In this document: one piece after another, positions 60,501 to 64,000 of the stretch
How positions within the stretch are numbered: position 1 is the stretch's first letter
How the letters are laid out: each line of letters begins with the position of its first letter
From: Sedimentisphaerales bacterium
GTDB lineage: Bacteria; Planctomycetota; Phycisphaerae; Sedimentisphaerales; SM23-30
NCBI GenBank assembly: GCA_963663805.2
Contig: CAXXMR010000012.1
Coordinates: 192,001 to 256,000 of the forward strand
DNA: 64,000 nucleotides
Direction: 5' to 3'
The notes under the pieces: model-generated
The model's input: only the letters and a program-made list of their open reading frames with translations
The model's database searches: none
Told to the model about the DNA's origin: nothing
Program-made: the position numbers and the translations under genes

Positions 60501-62515
60501 AGGCTGAATCCCCACCGGCCTTGCCCATATAGTAGCTGTACAAACTCACTACCACCGAACCATCGCCGGGCACCTCTTTAGCAAGCTCAGCCAAAGATGC
60601 CATCCGCTTTTCAATATCCTCGATAGACATACCGCGCAGCTTGCGAGCTTCAGAGTCATCACCTTCCAGACGAGAAACCGTCTCCGACGCCCGCCTTGAA
60701 ATCACCCAGTTTTAGCTGAGCCTGAGCCTTGACCTTCAGTATCTCATTAAGTGAACCAGCCTGCCCCTGATTGGCAAACGCCTCCTCATATTCGTTTATC
60801 AGACGAATAAGATTTTCCATATTATTACGACCGGGAAACTTGAGCGCTTCCCGCATGTACATCAAAAACACCTTGGGGGTACGTACGCCATATTCCTGAA
60901 TCGCAGAACCAGCATAATCAACCGCCAGAGACGTATGACCCGACTCACCCAGCAGCTCGCTCAGCATAACCTTGACCCTGCCATCGGCGCGACCTTCGTC
61001 TGCCTGCTTCTTATCGGCAAGATACAAATCACGAATCGCCTCATCCACATCACCTTCAGACCAGGCAACCAAACCTTCAGCCTTTAGGGTGATAGCCAGG
61101 TCTTTGCCCAAACGGTCAACCATTTCATCGCGACAAGATATAGCGACAGTCTTATATTTATCACTTTCGACGCCTTCGGTTTCACGACACAGTACCGTCG
61201 AAACTTCGATAGTCTTATCCAGAATCATAAAACGTATATTACGCCGACTGAATTGCTCCGGACCACTCTGGGAATTCATCGACTTCAAATACAAGCCTTC
61301 ACGCAACAGAGAAAACGCCGTAACTAAATCATCACTATCATCGGCTGACGACTCAGCCCGAACCTGATGGAGATTAGCCAGATTCAAATACAATTCCGCG
61401 TTTTCCTTGTCGCGAGCAATCGCTTCCCGATACGAAGCCATCGCCGGGGCCAAATCGCTTATTTGACGAACTCCCAAACGTTCAATCTGGGCCGCCGCCT
61501 TAAAGAAGCGGCCGTCTTCGGGAAATTTACTGATTATCTGGTCCAGCTCACCCAAAACTTCCTGTTTTACCGCACGAAGTTCCTCGCGAGCAGCCTCAGT
61601 ATTATTACTGCCGGTCGATTTAGATGCCGCCAGATTCGCTTTACGCATCAAAACAACTTCGTACAGATTCAAATATGCCTGCGGGTCATTTTCATTCACG
61701 GCCAGACACTGACGCAAAATCATTTCCGCTTCCGACAAAGCCGCCAGTCTGTCAGGCTCACTCTTATCGTCGGCACCAGCCAAAATCCATTCGGCATACA
61801 AACGCTGACCAGCCACACTGGAACCATCAAGCTCAAGAACCTTACCTATCGCCTCACGGGCCCGCACCATACTGGCAGCAGGGTCAGCCGAAGCACCCAG
61901 CAAAGCCATCGCCATCTCCGCGTGAGCCTTCAGAATATACCCGTAACTTTCCTTGTCACCCTGAGCGATAAGCTCTTCGGACTGCTGCAAAACTTCAGAC
62001 CATAAACTTGTGTTACGACCAACGTCCTTGGCCCGCTGATAAGCTATCTCCGCCTTGGCTTTATAATTCGAATAATCCGAACGGTCCAGCCGAATCAGTT
62101 CTTCATAAATCTTGGCAATCCCGTCATAAGCGTCCAGCCGCTCAAAAACCTCTTTCATCGCCTCCAGAGCTTTGCGCTTAACTCTATCGTTACTGTTACG
62201 CGAAAATTTCACCGCGTTTTGCAACTTATTGCGGGCTTCCTTCCAGACCACCAGGGCACCCGTCTCCTTCTGCTCCTCCAGCTCGACCAGACGCTCATAA
62301 CGCTCCTGAGGGTCTTCGATACCGGCAATCTCTTCCTTATTCGCGGCATCAACGACACGACCGGATTCCATCAAGGCTAAACCTTCATCCAGATACGGCT
62401 CGGGGTCCTGAAAATAACGATGCATGACCACCAGTACCCCACCAACTAGAATCGTCATCCCCACCAGAAAAATTACCGTTAGGACCTTTTTGTTAACCTT
62501 TTTCTTCCGTGCCAT
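57534..62515 (-). CDS. Very large membrane-anchored TPR protein (~1660 aa), split into three ORFs by probable indels at ~60690 and ~58797
   Basis: Continuous TPR-like helices; overlapping ORFs join after a single indel each; C-terminal LNNLAY...MDTYA...YRLAEAL typical of EPS/PEP-CTERM TPR proteins. Confidence 0.75.
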
Positions 62516-62613
62516 CAGATTAGCTCCATTCCTGAATCAATAACCCCGGACATTAAAACCAGGGGTACCTGCCATTATGCTTCCAAATATCTCTTGCTCT
62601 GCCGCTACCTCAA

Positions 62614-63393
62614 CTATTCCAACTGCTCATTATTGGCCGCATCCCAGTCGGGCCAATGTTCCTCTATCAATACCGGCAGCAATACTTCCAACAGCTTACT
62701 AAGACCCGCCAGATTTTCTTCACGAGACATCTTGCCCGAACCGCCAAAATTGACTTCAACCTTACTGAAATAAGCATACTTATCGAAAAGGTTGTTCTGC
62801 AGCAGACGCACCTGGTCACGCGTACAGCGATAGGTCCCGTTCACCGCGAAGAAATACATTACCGTCTGCTTAGCCTCACCCAGAACCGTCTCACGATAAA
62901 CATCCAAAACCCGAACCGGCAGCTTGTCACCTTCCAACCCCAGACCGGGCAGCTTCAAATCATAATTGCCAGATTCCTTTATTAGTCCCCCACCGCCGGT
63001 ATAACACTCATCCGGAACATGCGGAACCTTGTCAGGATTACCAGTATAATATGTTATAAATAAAACCAGATTTCTATCCGGGGCCAACGCGTCAACACTG
63101 CTGTCTTCCAAACTCCATTGCAGATACTGTTCCGTGCCCAGCTCCTCGACAATCTCGTCTGGAATCGTCATCTTCAGCATAACCTGATAAGGTGCCAGTT
63201 TCGAATCATCCAGCTCGGAAAACTCCTTGCGTAAAGGCAATGCTTCTTTACGAAAATTAAGGTCCAGCCATTCAGTCGTTACTTTTAATCCACCCGCACA
63301 AACACCCAGCACTACCACACAAACGACAAAACTTGCCCGGCTGAATATCCGCTTTAACGGACGACTTACATCGTTAGTAAAACAAAAAATCAA
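62614..63393 (-). CDS. Exosortase-associated EpsI-like protein (start uncertain)
   Basis: N-terminal TM; ELGTEQYL, LFITYYTG, VPHVPDECY; follows exosortase. Confidence 0.75.
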   Translation of the reverse strand: MIFCFTNDVSRPLKRIFSRASFVVCVVVLGVCAGGLKVTTEWLDLNFRKEALPLRKEFSELDDSKLAPYQVMLKMTIPDEIVEELGTEQYLQWSLEDSSVDALAPDRNLVLFITYYTGNPDKVPHVPDECYTGGGGLIKESGNYDLKLPGLGLEGDKLPVRVLDVYRETVLGEAKQTVMYFFAVNGTYRCTRDQVRLLQNNLFDKYAYFSKVEVNFGGSGKMSREENLAGLSKLLEVLLPVLIEEHWPDWDAANNEQLE

Positions 63394-64000
63394 GACTTCG
63401 ACCCTCCCACTATCAAAACGCCATCGTCACCCCCTTCATCTTCGCGTTCTTCCTCAAACAGATTGTTCATCAGCCAGGCCAGAAGACCGTAAAGACTAAA
63501 AGCCAGTATCAGCATCACCATCCCCAAAATCGTATGCAAAGTACCCTGAGCGTATTCCGGGCCGACATATATATGTATAAGACCCGTCAGCAGAACCCGC
63601 ACCATATTACAAAAAACCGCTATCGGCACAGTACTGCAAAACAAAACTATCCGGTGAATCAGCGGACGCTTTTCCATATAGGCCATCGCCACCCCCAACG
63701 CCACAAATGCCAGCAGCAAACGCATACCGCTGCAAGCCTCAGCTACATTCAAACTAAACTCGTTGGGACCATGAGTACCGTGAATCAGAACCCCTACCGC
63801 CTGACTGTCAATATTCGGAAGCAAATCCAGAATCGTCGAAGCTACCGTCGAAGCCATCTCCCGCAGGGGCTGAGATATGCGATTATACAAACGAGCCGGC
63901 AGGGGCATCGCGAAAAACAGAAAAACTATCGGCAGTAAAACCCGATACAAAATCCGCCAGCCGCCCAGCATCAGCACAATACCCCCGATAGTACCCAGCA
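63390..64000 (-). CDS. Exosortase (EpsH family), 5' part outside window
   Basis: VAEACSGMR catalytic Cys motif, NMVRV, LHTILG; multi-TM. Confidence 0.9.
   Translation of the reverse strand, partial: LGTIGGIVLMLGGWRILYRVLLPIVFLFFAMPLPARLYNRISQPLREMASTVASTILDLLPNIDSQAVGVLIHGTHGPNEFSLNVAEACSGMRLLLAFVALGVAMAYMEKRPLIHRIVLFCSTVPIAVFCNMVRVLLTGLIHIYVGPEYAQGTLHTILGMVMLILAFSLYGLLAWLMNNLFEEEREDEGGDDGVLIVGGSKS

Overview
A 64-kb chromosomal segment of roughly 50% GC, most likely from an anaerobic planctomycete (Phycisphaerae/Sedimentisphaerales-like). This is inferred from an LEPR-XLL/planctomycete-type export motif, a giant FliD and an exosortase-EpsI-TPR-Wzc locus. Contents, left to right: a four-gene rare-sugar catabolic operon (FGGY kinase, PHP protein, sorbose-1-P-reductase-like enzyme, aldolase/SDR fusion); DUF47+PiT; a HEAT-repeat protein; an AT-rich gap with DnaA boxes; dnaE; fliS/fliD; a DUF318 permease; uvrA; a candidate sRNA; a coiled-coil/BRCT-like protein; a GalE-like epimerase; a NagB-PIG-L fusion; panE-tilS; yitJ-thiC; a TIM-barrel/Gfo-Idh-MocA pair; a GT4; a DUF134/DUF5320/NifX/Fe-S ATPase operon; a 2871-aa adhesin; an HD-GYP regulator; and a PEP-CTERM-type EPS locus. 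Several genes, including essential dnaE, have single-base indels, mostly in homopolymers, which look like long-read errors. The most unusual signal is non-genic. The + strand is C-rich up to ~34.0 kb, turns G-rich abruptly inside an intact gene, and reverts inside the adhesin gene. A family of REP-like hairpins and short repeats reverses orientation across the same switch. No rRNA, tRNA, CRISPR, transposase or integrase was found.
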